Shown here: positions 8,080 through 18,300 of the stretch, piece after piece | Numbering within the stretch: position 1 is the first letter of the stretch | Layout of the letters: each line of letters begins with the position of its first letter | Source: Thermoplasmata archaeon | Lineage (GTDB): Archaea > Thermoplasmatota > DTKX01 > DATEUP01 | Reading direction: 5' to 3' | Assembly: GCA_041487695.1 (NCBI GenBank) | Contig: JBGPNV010000001.1 | Span: forward strand, 1 to 40,118 | DNA: 40,118 nucleotides | Made by a program: the position numbers and the translations under genes | The notes under the pieces: model-generated | Seen by the model: only the letters and a program-made list of their open reading frames with translations | Database searches by the model: none | What the model was told of the DNA's origin: nothing

Positions 8080-9119
8080 AAGTCCTCTACCAGAACGCCA
8101 AGCTCGGCGAGATCCGCCTTCGAGCGGACACGCTCGACGACCTCTGGCACCTGCGGCACATCGTCGCGCCGGGCGACCTCGTCGAGGCGAGCACGACGCG
8201 CCGGGACGACTCGGCGACCTCCGACACCTCGAAGCCGACGCGAGGCGACAAACGGCGCGTGACGCTCGGCGTCCGGGTGGAGGCGGTCGAGTTCCAGGCG
8301 TTCACGGACCGCCTGCGGCTCTCGGGGAAAATCGAGACGGGGCCGGGCGACTTCGGGCAATACCACACGCTCACGATCGAGGCGCGGGACGACCTCAAGA
8401 TCATCAAGGCGCGCTGGCGGCTCCACGAGCTCACGCGCATCAAGGAGGCCGTCGACCAGACGGGCGCGCCCAAGGTCGCGGTCCTCTCGATCGAGGAAGG
8501 CGAGGCGCTCATCGCCTTCGTGCACGCCTACGGCGTGCGGGAGGTCTCCACCGTCGAGGCCCGCGGGTCGGGCAAGGATTACCAGAAGACGAGCGGGAGG
8601 CAGGAGTTCTTCGGCGATACCCTCGCGGAGTTCAAGATGTCGCTCGAGGGCCAGAAGGTGCCGATTGTCGTCGTAGGCCCGGGGTTCACCAAGGAGGACT
8701 TCTTGAAGTTCGCGAGGGAAAGGGCGCGCGGGCTCTTCGACAAGGCCATCATTGACTCGACGGCCCACGGCGGACACCTGGGGGTCCAGGAGGCGCTCCG
8801 GCGCGGCACGGTCGCCCGAGTCGTGGAGTCCCACCGGCTTGTGCAGGAAGAGCAGCTCCTGGAACGCGTGTTTGAGGAGGTCGCAAAGGAGGGGAAGGCG
8901 ACCTACGGGCCCAAACACGTCGAGCACGCGCTGAAGGCGGGCGCCGTCGAGATCCTGCTTGTCGCGGACTCGATCGTGAGGAAGCCCGAGATCGACCTCA
9001 TCATGGAGCTTGCGGCCGACTCGAAGGCGCGGACGTTTGTCATGTCGACGGAGGGCGAAGCGGGCCGCCGGCTCGAGGGGCTCACGGGGATTGCGGCGCT
9101 GCTCAAGTTCAAAGTGTAG
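8076..9119 (+). CDS. pelA: Pelota (archaeal Dom34 homologue, ribosome rescue / no-go decay factor)
   Basis: GTG 8076 lies in a GTGA overlap with the DUF488 stop. The product is 347 aa. N-domain: 'VKVLYQNAKLGEIRLRADTLDDLWHLRHIV'. It also has 'VVGPGFTKEDF' and an eRF1-like C-terminal part 'ATYGPKHVEHALKAGAVEILLVAD'. Confidence 0.9.
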   Translation: MKVLYQNAKLGEIRLRADTLDDLWHLRHIVAPGDLVEASTTRRDDSATSDTSKPTRGDKRRVTLGVRVEAVEFQAFTDRLRLSGKIETGPGDFGQYHTLTIEARDDLKIIKARWRLHELTRIKEAVDQTGAPKVAVLSIEEGEALIAFVHAYGVREVSTVEARGSGKDYQKTSGRQEFFGDTLAEFKMSLEGQKVPIVVVGPGFTKEDFLKFARERARGLFDKAIIDSTAHGGHLGVQEALRRGTVARVVESHRLVQEEQLLERVFEEVAKEGKATYGPKHVEHALKAGAVEILLVADSIVRKPEIDLIMELAADSKARTFVMSTEGEAGRRLEGLTGIAALLKFKV

Positions 9120-9156
9120 GGCAGGGCCCGAATGCCGCCCGCCCCCCGCACGGGGC

Positions 9157-9164
9157 TTTTATAG
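9157..9164 (+). promoter_or_regulatory. Archaeal TATA box (TTTTATAG) for rfcS
   Basis: Read directly from the sequence. It lies ~45 nt upstream of ATG 9206 and too close (15 nt) to the ORF-track start at 9179. This supports the internal ATG, which is preceded by GGGGAGAGG (9194-9202). Confidence 0.6.
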
Positions 9165-9205
9165 GCCCGAATCAATCAATGGAGGGCACCCGCGGGGAGA
9201 GGCAG

Positions 9206-10177
9206 ATGAAAGAAGTCTGGATCGAAAAGTACCGCCCCCGCAAGCTCGCGGACGTCGTCGGCCAGAGCGACATCACGGAGCGCCTGCAGGCCTACGTGAA
9301 GCAGGGGAACCTCCCTCACCTCCTCTTCGCAGGACGCGCAGGCGTCGGCAAGACGACGTGCGCGATCGCGCTCGCGCGCGAGCTCTACGGCGAGAAGGCG
9401 TGGCACATGAACTTCCAGGAGTTCAACGCCTCCGACGAGCGCGGCATCGACGTCGTGCGCGACAAGATCAAGGACTTCGCGCGGACCGCGCCGATCGGCG
9501 ACGCGCAGTTCAAGATCATCTTCCTCGACGAGGCCGACGCGCTCACCGGCGATGCGCAGGCCGCGCTCCGGCGCACGATGGAGAAGTACACGAAGACGTG
9601 CCGCTTCGTCCTCTCCTGCAACTACTCGTCGAAGATCATCGAACCGATCCAGTCGCGCTGCGCGGTGTTCCGGTTCCGCCCGGTCTCCAAGGAGGCGATG
9701 GAGGGGTGCCTCAAGGACATCGCGAAGGGCGAAGGCATCGCAATCAAGTCCGACGGCCTCGAGGCGATCACCTACCTCGCCCAAGGTGACCTCCGCCGCG
9801 CGACCAACGCGCTCCAAGTCGCGGCCGCCACAGGAAAGGCCGTCGATTCGGAGATTGTCTACCAGGCGACCGCCTCGGTGCACCCCGAGAAGACCCAAGA
9901 ACTCCTGAAGGCCGCCCTGGAGGGCGACTTCCTCCGCGCGCGCAAGCTCCTTGACACGATGCTGATCGACGAGGGGCTCGCGGGCGAGGACATCATCCGC
10001 GCGGTCCACAAGGGCGTCTTTGACTTGCCGATCCCCGACCGGCAGAAGGTCGAGCTTGTCGACAAAATCGGCGAGATCGACTTCAGGATGGTCGAAGGGG
10101 CCACGGAGCGCATCCAACTCGAGGCGCTGCTCGCGCACTTCATGCTGGTTGGCAGCGAAGGCAAGGGGAAGCGATGA
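9206..10177 (+). CDS. rfcS: Replication factor C small subunit
   Basis: 'MKEVWIEKYRPRKLADVVGQ', Walker A 'GRAGVGKTT', 'FLDEADALT', and the SRC motif 'QSRCAVFRF'. The product is 323 aa with no intein. Confidence 0.95.
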   Translation: MKEVWIEKYRPRKLADVVGQSDITERLQAYVKQGNLPHLLFAGRAGVGKTTCAIALARELYGEKAWHMNFQEFNASDERGIDVVRDKIKDFARTAPIGDAQFKIIFLDEADALTGDAQAALRRTMEKYTKTCRFVLSCNYSSKIIEPIQSRCAVFRFRPVSKEAMEGCLKDIAKGEGIAIKSDGLEAITYLAQGDLRRATNALQVAAATGKAVDSEIVYQATASVHPEKTQELLKAALEGDFLRARKLLDTMLIDEGLAGEDIIRAVHKGVFDLPIPDRQKVELVDKIGEIDFRMVEGATERIQLEALLAHFMLVGSEGKGKR

Positions 10178-10180
10178 GCC

Positions 10181-10738
10181 TCAGCCGACCGCGATGAGCG
10201 CCGCGTCAATCGCGGCCTCGAGGTCGGCGGCCGCCACGATCCCGACCCAGGTGTGCCGCACCTTGCCCTCGCCGTCGATGAGCACGAGCGTCGGGAGCGC
10301 GTTGGCGCCATACCTCGGGCCGACAAACTGGCCGGGCGTGTCCATCGCAAAGGTCCAGCCGGCCTGTTCGTGCGTCTCATTGTAGGGCGAGTAGGCGTGG
10401 AGCCAGTCCTTGAACTGCTGCGGGGTCTCCGAGTAGTCGACGTCGACGGACAGGACCTGCAGGCTCGAAGGGCTGTACTCGCCGCGAACGATGGCCAGCT
10501 GACGGACCTCCTCGCGGCAGGGCGGGCACCACGTCGCCATGAAGTCCAACACGACGGTTGTGCGGTTGTTGTGCTCGGCGAGGTTGAAGGTCGTGCCGCC
10601 GAGGGTCTCGAGGGAAAAGTCGGGCGCCGGGCGCAGCTCCTCCAAGGAGCGGGCGCCGACATAGGGCTCGGCGAGGTACGTGCCGACGGTGAGGACGCTC
10701 ATGAGGGCGACCACGAGCTTGAAGCGGCGGCTTGGCAT
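10181..10738 (-). CDS. TlpA/ResA-like membrane-anchored thiol-disulfide oxidoreductase (thioredoxin fold, WCPPC)
   Basis: ORF 10181..11212 trimmed to ATG 10738. It has an N-terminal TM 'FKLVVALMSVLTVGTYL', the active site 'DFMATWCPPCREE', and 'ALPTLVLIDGEGKV'. It is convergent with rfcS, with a 3-nt gap. Confidence 0.8.
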   Translation of the reverse strand: MPSRRFKLVVALMSVLTVGTYLAEPYVGARSLEELRPAPDFSLETLGGTTFNLAEHNNRTTVVLDFMATWCPPCREEVRQLAIVRGEYSPSSLQVLSVDVDYSETPQQFKDWLHAYSPYNETHEQAGWTFAMDTPGQFVGPRYGANALPTLVLIDGEGKVRHTWVGIVAAADLEAAIDAALIAVG

Positions 10739-10770
10739 GCTCGTCGTCTTCTGCCACGAAAGGCGGCTAT

Positions 10771-11283
10771 CTAAGGTTTGTCGGGCCGTCTCAGGGGAGG
10801 CTCGTGGCGCGGACGACCGGCCCTGAGGCTCAGGCGCATCTCGCGCGTGCGTTCGAACCCGAGGCGCTCGTAGATGCCGCGCCCCTGGTCCGACGCATGC
10901 AGGCTCATGCGCTCGAGCCCCGCGGCCTTCGACCACCGTAGCGCTTCGCGGGTGATGCGGCTTGCGTAGCCCTTCCCGCGGTGCTCCGGCGCCGTATACA
11001 CGGAAAGGAGGTAGGCGTGCTCGGTCCCCTTCCAGCCCGGGCGCGGGTGGTCCTCCTGCACCCACACGCAGCCGCTCGCCACCGCTTCGCCGGCGACCTC
11101 GACGAGGAAGCCGATGAGCTTCCCGGACTTGAGGCGTTGTCGCGCACACCGCCGGTAGATGGGGTCGGCGGCATCGAGCTGCGCGCGAGTCCTCTTGCCG
11201 ATGTCCTCCCACATCTGGCGCCGGTGGAGGACGAGGACGCCTAGGTCCTTGACCGTGGCGCGCCGGACGCGCACCTGTGGCAT
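10771..11283 (-). CDS. GNAT family N-acetyltransferase
   Basis: ORF 10771..11526 trimmed to ATG 11283. The acetyl-CoA binding motif is 'VYTAPEHRGKGYASRITREALRWSKAAG...GIYERLGFE'. Confidence 0.8.
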   Translation of the reverse strand: MPQVRVRRATVKDLGVLVLHRRQMWEDIGKRTRAQLDAADPIYRRCARQRLKSGKLIGFLVEVAGEAVASGCVWVQEDHPRPGWKGTEHAYLLSVYTAPEHRGKGYASRITREALRWSKAAGLERMSLHASDQGRGIYERLGFERTREMRLSLRAGRPRHEPPLRRPDKP

Positions 11284-11327
11284 GGATGGCCGCAGGGCGC
11301 TCGCGGGATTTGGGGCTTGCCCATCGG

Positions 11328-12218
11328 TCAGCGCAGGCGCGAGCGCCGTTCGGCGCTGATCGACCGGGAGATCATGATGGCCATCGTGGCGCCCGTGAAC
11401 AGGACGGCGAGCGGGACCACGGCGCCTGTGAGGAAGTCGAATGGAGGGGACTCCGGCGGCCGTGGGACCGCCGGCGGTGCGTCGACCTGCACGAACGCGA
11501 TGGCAGAGAGGCGGCTCTCCACCCACGAGGGGTCCGCCGAGAAGAGGATGCGGTCGGAAAACGAGGCATTCCCTGTGAGCGCCAGCCTCGCGCCGGAGAG
11601 GGACACGCGGACAAGGAACCGGTACTCGCCGACCCCCCGAGCGGCGGGGACATGGTCCTCGACGATGAGCGCGCGCAGCGTGACGGAAAAGTCCCTGAGG
11701 TCGACCGGCGCAAAGACCTGGTAGTCGAGGAACCCGTGGTCGATGACGATCCCCCCACTGAGGTTGATCGAGACGTCGGCCGGGCGAGCGCGGGACGCGT
11801 TGTAGGACGACCGGAAGTGGGCGAGGGTCTGGGGGCCCCCGCCGAATTCGGCGAAGATGCCGTCGAACCGGGCGACTGGCACGATCTGGGATTGATAGTA
11901 GTCGGTGAAACGACTGTGGGGCGCCGGGAAGTCCGCGTAGGCGAGGGAGCCCAAAGGCGTCTCATTGAGGAGCGCGGCCGCGGCGACGCTCGCGTTGTCG
12001 TTGAGGGGCCCGCCGGTCCCGAGGTTGTGCTCGAAAAGGACGGTGCGGTTGTCCAGACCCTGGTGTGTTGGGGATGGGGCGCCAAACGCAAACACCGCCG
12101 TCTGCAGGACCTCGAACCGCTCGCGCGCCGCAGGGTCCGCGGAAGCCGGCGAGAGGAGCGCGCCAGCCAAGACCAGGCCGACTGCGAGGATCACGCCTGC
12201 GGCCCTTCTCCGCTGCAC
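11328..12218 (-). CDS. Exported, C-terminally membrane-anchored protein of unknown function
   Basis: GTG 12218, with GTG 12194 as an alternative. Signal peptide 'AAGVILAVGLVLAGALLSPASA'. There are six N-x-S/T sequons. C-terminal TM 'LTGAVVPLAVLFTGATMAIMI' followed by a basic tail. I recognised no catalytic motif. Confidence 0.6.
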   Translation of the reverse strand: MQRRRAAGVILAVGLVLAGALLSPASADPAARERFEVLQTAVFAFGAPSPTHQGLDNRTVLFEHNLGTGGPLNDNASVAAAALLNETPLGSLAYADFPAPHSRFTDYYQSQIVPVARFDGIFAEFGGGPQTLAHFRSSYNASRARPADVSINLSGGIVIDHGFLDYQVFAPVDLRDFSVTLRALIVEDHVPAARGVGEYRFLVRVSLSGARLALTGNASFSDRILFSADPSWVESRLSAIAFVQVDAPPAVPRPPESPPFDFLTGAVVPLAVLFTGATMAIMISRSISAERRSRLR

Positions 12219-12278
12219 GCGGAGCCGACCCCCTCACGCGCAAAAAGGCTTGGCGCCCCTGGGGGGCGAGCCGCGGCC

Positions 12279-15182
12279 TTACAGGCGGTTCCAGCCTTCC
12301 TGCATCCGCTTGCGGATTCGGTCGTGGTCGACTGCGGAGAGTTCGCCCTCGCCGTTCGCCCCGAAAGGCACGTCGGTCGATGGCCCGGCAAGGACGACCT
12401 CACCCGGCTGCACGTCGCGCTCGGGCTCGGGTTCGGGTCCCACCGAGGCGGCCTTCGAGGCAAGCTCGACGGCCTCGAACAGGTCGACCTTGTGCTCGGG
12501 AGCTCCGACCATGGGGATCCCTTCGCTTGAGGACGACTGGAGGGCGCCGGGCCCCGCGCCGACCTCGGTAATCTCTACGCGCTCTTCCCGGATCGGTGCG
12601 AGCGTGAGCTCGAGGTCCGAGCCGAGGCGCTCGGCCTCGGTCGAGACCGGCTCGAGGTCGTCGCTGCGGAAACGGCGCTTCGCGCCCTCCGCCTTCACTT
12701 CCCTTTGGGGCTCCTCCGCCGCCATCGCCACCATCTCGACCGGCGTCGCGGCCGCCTCCCGCGCGTGGCGCTCGACCTCGTCGGCCTCGGCCTTCGCGCG
12801 CTTGACCGCGTGGGCAACCTCCGTGGACGCCTCGGCCTCCTTGTCCGCCTTCTTCTGCTCGCGGATCTCCCGTAGGATGTCCGCGGCCGAGCGGTGCTTC
12901 TTGGAAACCTTCGAGTCCGTCTCGCTCGTGTCCGCCTCGGCGTCCACCTCGGTCGAGCCGTGGGTTACTTCGAAAGCCGGAGCAAGCGCCCTGGCTCGCG
13001 GGCCATGCGGCTCGGTCTTTTGGGGCTCGTGACCCTCGTCCACCGCGTGCTCCGGGGAGGACCGCCCGTGCGTTTCCTCTTTGGACGCAGTGGCTCTCGA
13101 CTCGGCCTTCACGGGGACCTTCGGCTTCTCGGCCTCGTGCGCCTGTGGCTGGGTCTCGGTGTCGGAGAGGGCCTTCTTGACCCAGCGGTCCACCTTCTCC
13201 TTCTGAGCAGCGGTGAGCTCCGCGCGGTCCGCGCTCTTGGCGATTTGGGCTCGGCTTGGCGCCTCGTGGTGCGCCGCGGCCCCGTGGGCCTCGGCCTCAA
13301 CAGTCGCGACGGCCACTCGCACAATCGCGGGCGCGGCCGAGGGCTTCTTCACCGGTGCGTGGGGGCCTTGGAGGGCCCTGCCCGGCGCGACGGGCTCCTC
13401 GCCCGCGATCCGCGCGCGCTGCCGGCCCCTGCGGTCGAACTGGGGGCCCGCGACGAAGTCGAGGTCGTCCTCCCGGGACACATCGGCCACGGCGACGCCG
13501 TCGGCGCCGATGTGCGCAAGGATGCCTCCGAGGTCTTCTTCGTCCGCTTTCGGGTGCGCTGGCGCCTTGCGCCGCGCTTCGAAGCTCGCGTTCTCGAGGT
13601 GCTCGAGGGCGTCGTAGTGCATCGCGTCGCTGAGGGCACTGGCCTCGAGCGAGCGGGGGTGGTCGGCACCCTCGAGGGACGCGGGCCCGTGGCTCGGCGC
13701 CCCGTCCTCGGCCACTTCCACCATGTCGGCAAAGGCGCGCGCGCCCCTGCGCATCGCGTGCATCGTGTGCGTGCGGCGCAGGCGCTTCTCGAGCTTGGCG
13801 CGCGCCACGGGGTTCACCGAGCCGCCGTAGATGTGGTAGAGCTTGCTCGGGCGGAAGTTGTGCGCCCCGGCCGGCCCCTCGGCCCCGACGGAACGGGTGC
13901 CGGAGCCAAAGGCAATCGTGCGGGGCAGGTCAAGGTCCATCTCGGGGACCTTGGCCCCTTTGAAACGCCTGTCGCCTCGCGAGGGAGGCGTGGAGGCGAG
14001 GAAGCCGGCAACGACCTGGCGCGAGGTCTCGTCAAGGCCGCCCCTGGCCTCGCGCTCCGTGCGCGCTTGGAGTTCGCTGTAGCGCATGTCGGGCCCGCCG
14101 CCGAAGAGGCGGGCCACGCCCAGCCGCGGCCGTTCCGACCACTCGGCCGCTGCCACGCCCGTGCCCCTGCGGGAGGGCTCGCCGGCCTTCGCCGTGATCT
14201 CCTCGAGACGCTCGAGCAGCGCGTTGACCTCGGCTTGGCTCCGGCGGTCGAGGCCGCGCGCCCCGACCTCGGAAGGTTGTCGCGCCACCCGGGATGCCGG
14301 GATCTTCGCGGTAATCGGCGGGACCATCCGCTCTTGGATTTTCATTTGGCTGACCACGCCGCCTACCAGGGCAAACGCGAGCACGGAGAAGAGCGCGTCA
14401 GGGCCGGCTTTCATGATTGCCGCCAGGTTCCCGAGGACGTAGCCGAGGACGGGGAAGTCAAAGGGCAGCGAACCGAGCACGCCGGTGTAGCCCGCCTCGA
14501 CGAGGTTCCGCACGGCTGCCGGGACGGCGGAGGTCGTCGACGAGAGCAGCGCGAGCGCGCCGAAGGCGATCGAGATCGGGATGAGCGCCGCGACCGCGCC
14601 GCGGAGCGGCGTGCCGGCCTTCCGCCCGCCGACGTAGCCCGCGACGGCGGGCCCGAGGACGGGGACCCACCAGAGCAAGAGCGAGAGCAGGGTAATCCAA
14701 AACGCGCCGCGGTACACACCATGCTTGGCTTGGAGCCCGCTTACGGATCCCACTTCGATCTGGATCTTGTCGACACGATCCTCGGCAAGTTCGCGGGGCT
14801 TCATCTGCCGGCGCCTTGAGGTCGAGACGACCTCTTCGAGGTCCTCCTCGCCTTCGCGCATGACGCGCTTGCCGCGCGTTTGGCGAATCTCCTCGTGCCC
14901 GCGCGTCGAACGCCTCTGCCCGCGGCGCGCTGCGCCCACCGCGTCGCGTTCGGTCGGGTCGTAGGCGACCACGTGGTGGCCGTCGGCGCGCCTCTCTACG
15001 ATCGAGAGCGCGCTCCGCAGGCGCGCAAAGCGCACGGGCGGGAGCCCGCGCTTGTTCCATGCCTTTTTGGCGGGGCTCTTGCGCGGCCTTGCCGCCAGCC
15101 GCGCGTGCGCGGCACGGGGCCTTCGGTCGTTCGACTTTCGCGCGCGGGCCTTACGGCTTTCGACGAGATTTGCCAACAGCAT
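12279..15182 (-). CDS. Membrane protein (about 4 TM) with a basic N-terminus and a ~650-aa charged, low-complexity C-terminal region; unknown function
   Basis: ATG 15182, with alternatives ATG 14861 and 14804. The hydrophobic block runs 'AFWITLLSLLLWWVPVLGPAVAGYVGG...ALIPISIAFGALALLS...LFSVLAFALVGGVVS'. The remainder is rich in E/A/R/K/P and has no recognisable domain. Third-position GC is high, consistent with coding. The antisense ORF 12894..14819 is a shadow. Confidence 0.6.
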   Translation of the reverse strand: MLLANLVESRKARARKSNDRRPRAAHARLAARPRKSPAKKAWNKRGLPPVRFARLRSALSIVERRADGHHVVAYDPTERDAVGAARRGQRRSTRGHEEIRQTRGKRVMREGEEDLEEVVSTSRRRQMKPRELAEDRVDKIQIEVGSVSGLQAKHGVYRGAFWITLLSLLLWWVPVLGPAVAGYVGGRKAGTPLRGAVAALIPISIAFGALALLSSTTSAVPAAVRNLVEAGYTGVLGSLPFDFPVLGYVLGNLAAIMKAGPDALFSVLAFALVGGVVSQMKIQERMVPPITAKIPASRVARQPSEVGARGLDRRSQAEVNALLERLEEITAKAGEPSRRGTGVAAAEWSERPRLGVARLFGGGPDMRYSELQARTEREARGGLDETSRQVVAGFLASTPPSRGDRRFKGAKVPEMDLDLPRTIAFGSGTRSVGAEGPAGAHNFRPSKLYHIYGGSVNPVARAKLEKRLRRTHTMHAMRRGARAFADMVEVAEDGAPSHGPASLEGADHPRSLEASALSDAMHYDALEHLENASFEARRKAPAHPKADEEDLGGILAHIGADGVAVADVSREDDLDFVAGPQFDRRGRQRARIAGEEPVAPGRALQGPHAPVKKPSAAPAIVRVAVATVEAEAHGAAAHHEAPSRAQIAKSADRAELTAAQKEKVDRWVKKALSDTETQPQAHEAEKPKVPVKAESRATASKEETHGRSSPEHAVDEGHEPQKTEPHGPRARALAPAFEVTHGSTEVDAEADTSETDSKVSKKHRSAADILREIREQKKADKEAEASTEVAHAVKRAKAEADEVERHAREAAATPVEMVAMAAEEPQREVKAEGAKRRFRSDDLEPVSTEAERLGSDLELTLAPIREERVEITEVGAGPGALQSSSSEGIPMVGAPEHKVDLFEAVELASKAASVGPEPEPERDVQPGEVVLAGPSTDVPFGANGEGELSAVDHDRIRKRMQEGWNRL

Positions 15183-15242
15183 CCCCCCTGAGCAAGGTGG
15201 CCTTGCCTAGAGTGCATCCCGATTTCTGATGGAAAGAAATCC

Positions 15243-15249
15243 TATATAA
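15243..15249 (-). promoter_or_regulatory. TATA box (minus strand TTATATA) for the 967-aa gene
   Basis: Read directly from the sequence, within 'cccTTATATAgg', ~60 nt upstream of ATG 15182 in a 164-nt spacer. Confidence 0.5.
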
Positions 15250-15294
15250 GGGTTCGGGATGCTGGCTAAACCCCACTTTTTCGTGTGGAAATGA

Positions 15295-15318
15295 CCCGTT
15301 TTCGGGGGGGAAAACGGG
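15295..15318 (-). terminator. Hairpin (9-bp stem CCCGTTTTC / GAAAACGGG, 6-nt G/C loop) downstream of the PQQ/PKD gene
   Basis: Read directly from the sequence. It begins 28 nt after the TAG stop at 15347-15349. On the transcript it is followed by a U-containing stretch (UCAUUUCC). Archaeal termination signals are poorly defined, so this is tentative. Confidence 0.4.
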
Positions 15319-15346
15319 CGCCCCTGGGGGGACCCCCAAGCCCAGC

Positions 15347-18300
15347 CTACTTTTCCGACGCCCGTTCCGTGTCCTTTTCGAATTCGCCCTGCAACTCGTC
15401 GAGGACCTCGGCGTCCTCCGACTCGGCGGCAGGCGACGGGGCATTCTTCCTCGGCGCGGCGACCTGCGCGACCTTCGCGGACTTGGAGGAAGCACCCTCT
15501 TGCTCTTTGCGCCGCGGCGGCAGCGGGCGCGGGCCGGCGCCCCCGCCGCGGCGCATGAAAACGGGCCACAGGACGAAGAGCAGGAAGAGAGCGCCGATGA
15601 GGAGAGCCGCAAGCCCCAAGAACGTGCTCTCCGAGGCCTCCGTACGGACCGTCACCGAGACGGTCGTCGAGTGGCTTTGGCCGAAGCTGTTCGTCACCGT
15701 GAGGCGCACGGAGAAGATGTCGCTCCGGTTGAACGAATGGTTTACGAACATCCCCGTCGCGGTCGGCGACCCGTCACCAAATTCCCATGTGAACGTCAGG
15801 TTGGACAGGTTATTGTCGTTGCGCTCTTGCGAGCGGGCGCCCGAGAAGGCGATGCGGTCGCCGGGCGCGTAGACGGGCCGGCTGTCGACGACGTCCGCGA
15901 CGGCAATCGGCGGCTGGGGCGGCACCTTGAGTTCACCGAAGATTCCGAAGGTTGCGATGAGCCCTTCCGGCCCGGCGGTAAAGGCCGAGCGCGACAGCTT
16001 CGCCACGACCGTATGGGCAGCTTCGTCGACGATCGAGAGCGCCGCGTTCCAAGGCAACTCGCCGTCAAACGTGTACGCTCGGATCGAGGATTCTACATAG
16101 TCGCTGACGTTGACCGCGAGGTCGTAACGGAACTCGATCCGGATCCACTGGGGGAGCGTCGCGTTGGCCGGCAGTGTAACCGAGAAACGGTGAAGGACGC
16201 CAAGGCCTGCCGGCCCAGCAATCCCGGTCACGTCCCGAAGCAGGGAACTCCCTTGGCCCACGTATTGCACCAAGAAGGAGACCGGCGGGGCCGAGCGGTT
16301 CTCAATTCTAAACACGGAGAACGACGCGACCACCCCGGTCTGCGCCGTGTCGAGACCGTCCGAGGCCGAGAACGTGTAGTTGTGCGTGGCGCTGAGGAGC
16401 TGGCCGAGCCACTCGTACTCGACGCCGGCCTGGAAGTCGTAGGGGCCGAGGCCGACGATGGCCATCGGCTTGAGGGGCTCGAGCTCGTTCGTGATGTTGA
16501 GGAACACCTCGGTCGGAGGGTCGCCGTCGGGGTCGCTGTACAGGACCTTGAACCGCCACAGCGTGGTGTCGAACGTGTTCACGTCGGGGACGGGGCGCAG
16601 GTTGTCGACAGGCGCGACGAGGAAAGGCGCGGTGTTGTCGATCACGTGGATGTCGAGGACTTTGAGGGAGGCGAGCCCGAGCTCGTCGGTCACGGTGAGC
16701 TTGACGCGGAAGTCCCCGGGGAAGGCGAAGGTGTGGTTGACCTCCGGCGTGGAGGCCGTGGACCCATCGCCAAGGTCCCATAGGAAGGTAAGGTTCTGGT
16801 TGTCCGGGTCGGTCGTGCAGGACGAACTGAAGTTCACGGCCTCGCGCGTGCGGTGCGTTTGCCCGACGGGCGGCGAGGCGATGCAAGCGGTGGGAGGGCG
16901 GCCCGGCCTCAGCCCCAGGGTGAGGATCGCGCCGCTTGCCGAGGCGAGGTGCAGGGTGCCTCCATAGAGGGCCGCGCCGCCCACGAGGGGCCCCAGAAGG
17001 CCCGGCTCGTACACCCAATCGACGATCCCCGTACCGGCCGACACCGCGAAAAGGCGTTCCGAACCCGTGAAGACCGTGCTGTTGCCCACGGCGCGGACGC
17101 CGTTGCTCGGCTGGGCGGGCTCAAGGGAGCGGATCCAGTCGAGCAGGCCGGAGCCGGCGATGAGCGCGCTCAGATTCCCCTGGGTGGCGACGAAGAGGCG
17201 GCCGTAGGCCGACGCCATGGGGCCTTCGATGGGGCCATCGAGTGTCGTGTTCCACGCCGGCGCGGGGTCGAGGGGCGCAAGCGAGAACGCCGAGACGTTG
17301 GTCGGCCCGTTCACGACGAACAAGAAGCCGCCGCCCACAACCGGCGGCACGTCCGTACGGCCGCGAAGCTGCACGGGCCAGCCTGCCGGCTCGGTGAGCG
17401 TTGTGAGGTTGAACGCGTGGAGCTCGCCAACCGAGGACACGGCAAAGGCCCAACCCGAAACGACGACTGGCTCGCTTTGCAGCGCGGGCTGGTCGAGGGG
17501 CGCGACGTCGACGGTGGGAAGCTCGCGAAGGGCGGACGGGTCCGAGACATTCACCTCGAGGAGGCGGTCGGACATGCCGAGGAGGAGGAGGTCGCCGTAG
17601 GGAACGAGGGACGTGGTCGGGACGCCGGCGAGCGGGACGGTCGAGAGGACTGCGCCTGCGTCGGGCTCGAGGAACGTAAGGTTGCCCGCGGTCGCGCCCG
17701 GGTCGCATGTGGCCACGACGAGGACCCCCGATGCGATCGCGGGGGTCCCCACGACGGCGGCGGGCGCGGTCCACGACCAGGCCACGGCCGAGCCGTTGTC
17801 CCGGGCGAGGGCGTAGAGCGTGTGCGTGGCGTTGTTTACTAGGATCAGCCTCGAGCCGAAGGCGAGGAACGCGGCGCCCTGCACGTCGAAGACGTCCTGT
17901 TTCCAAAGCAGGATGTTGTTCTGCGGGCTGTCCGTTTCCAGGAAATTCGAGCCGTGCGCGTCGGCGTACCTCGAGAGCCAACCGTCGAGCCGGGGAAGGA
18001 CCTCGACGGTGGCGTTGGCCGAATTGTCCGAGAGGTTGCCGTCCTGCGGGGTCACGTTCACGAGGGAAACGGTCAGGTTGGCCAGGCCGGCTTGGGCAAA
18101 GCGCAGCGGCGCTTGGACCGTGACCTGGCCGTTGATGATCGGCACGCCGGTAACGGTCCAGGAGGCAACGGCGGTGGCTGCGCCGCCGAAGTCGACGCTC
18201 GCCTCCACATCGGAGGAGCCGAGCTTGTCGCCCCGATTGTGCACGGTCACGCTGAGCGTCAAGGGCTCGCCGGCGTGGGGCGTGCCGTCGGACAGAGCGA

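Noticed and set aside
12894-14819. A 641-aa plus-strand ORF. Similar long antisense ORFs are 19838..21268 (+), 28428..29783 (-) and 33295..34239 (+).
   Set aside because: Each is antisense to a gene with strong family motifs (gpmI, PIN-ATPase-KH, cysteine desulfurase) or to the better-supported 967-aa ORF. Composition is Arg/Gly/Pro-rich shadow-frame type.
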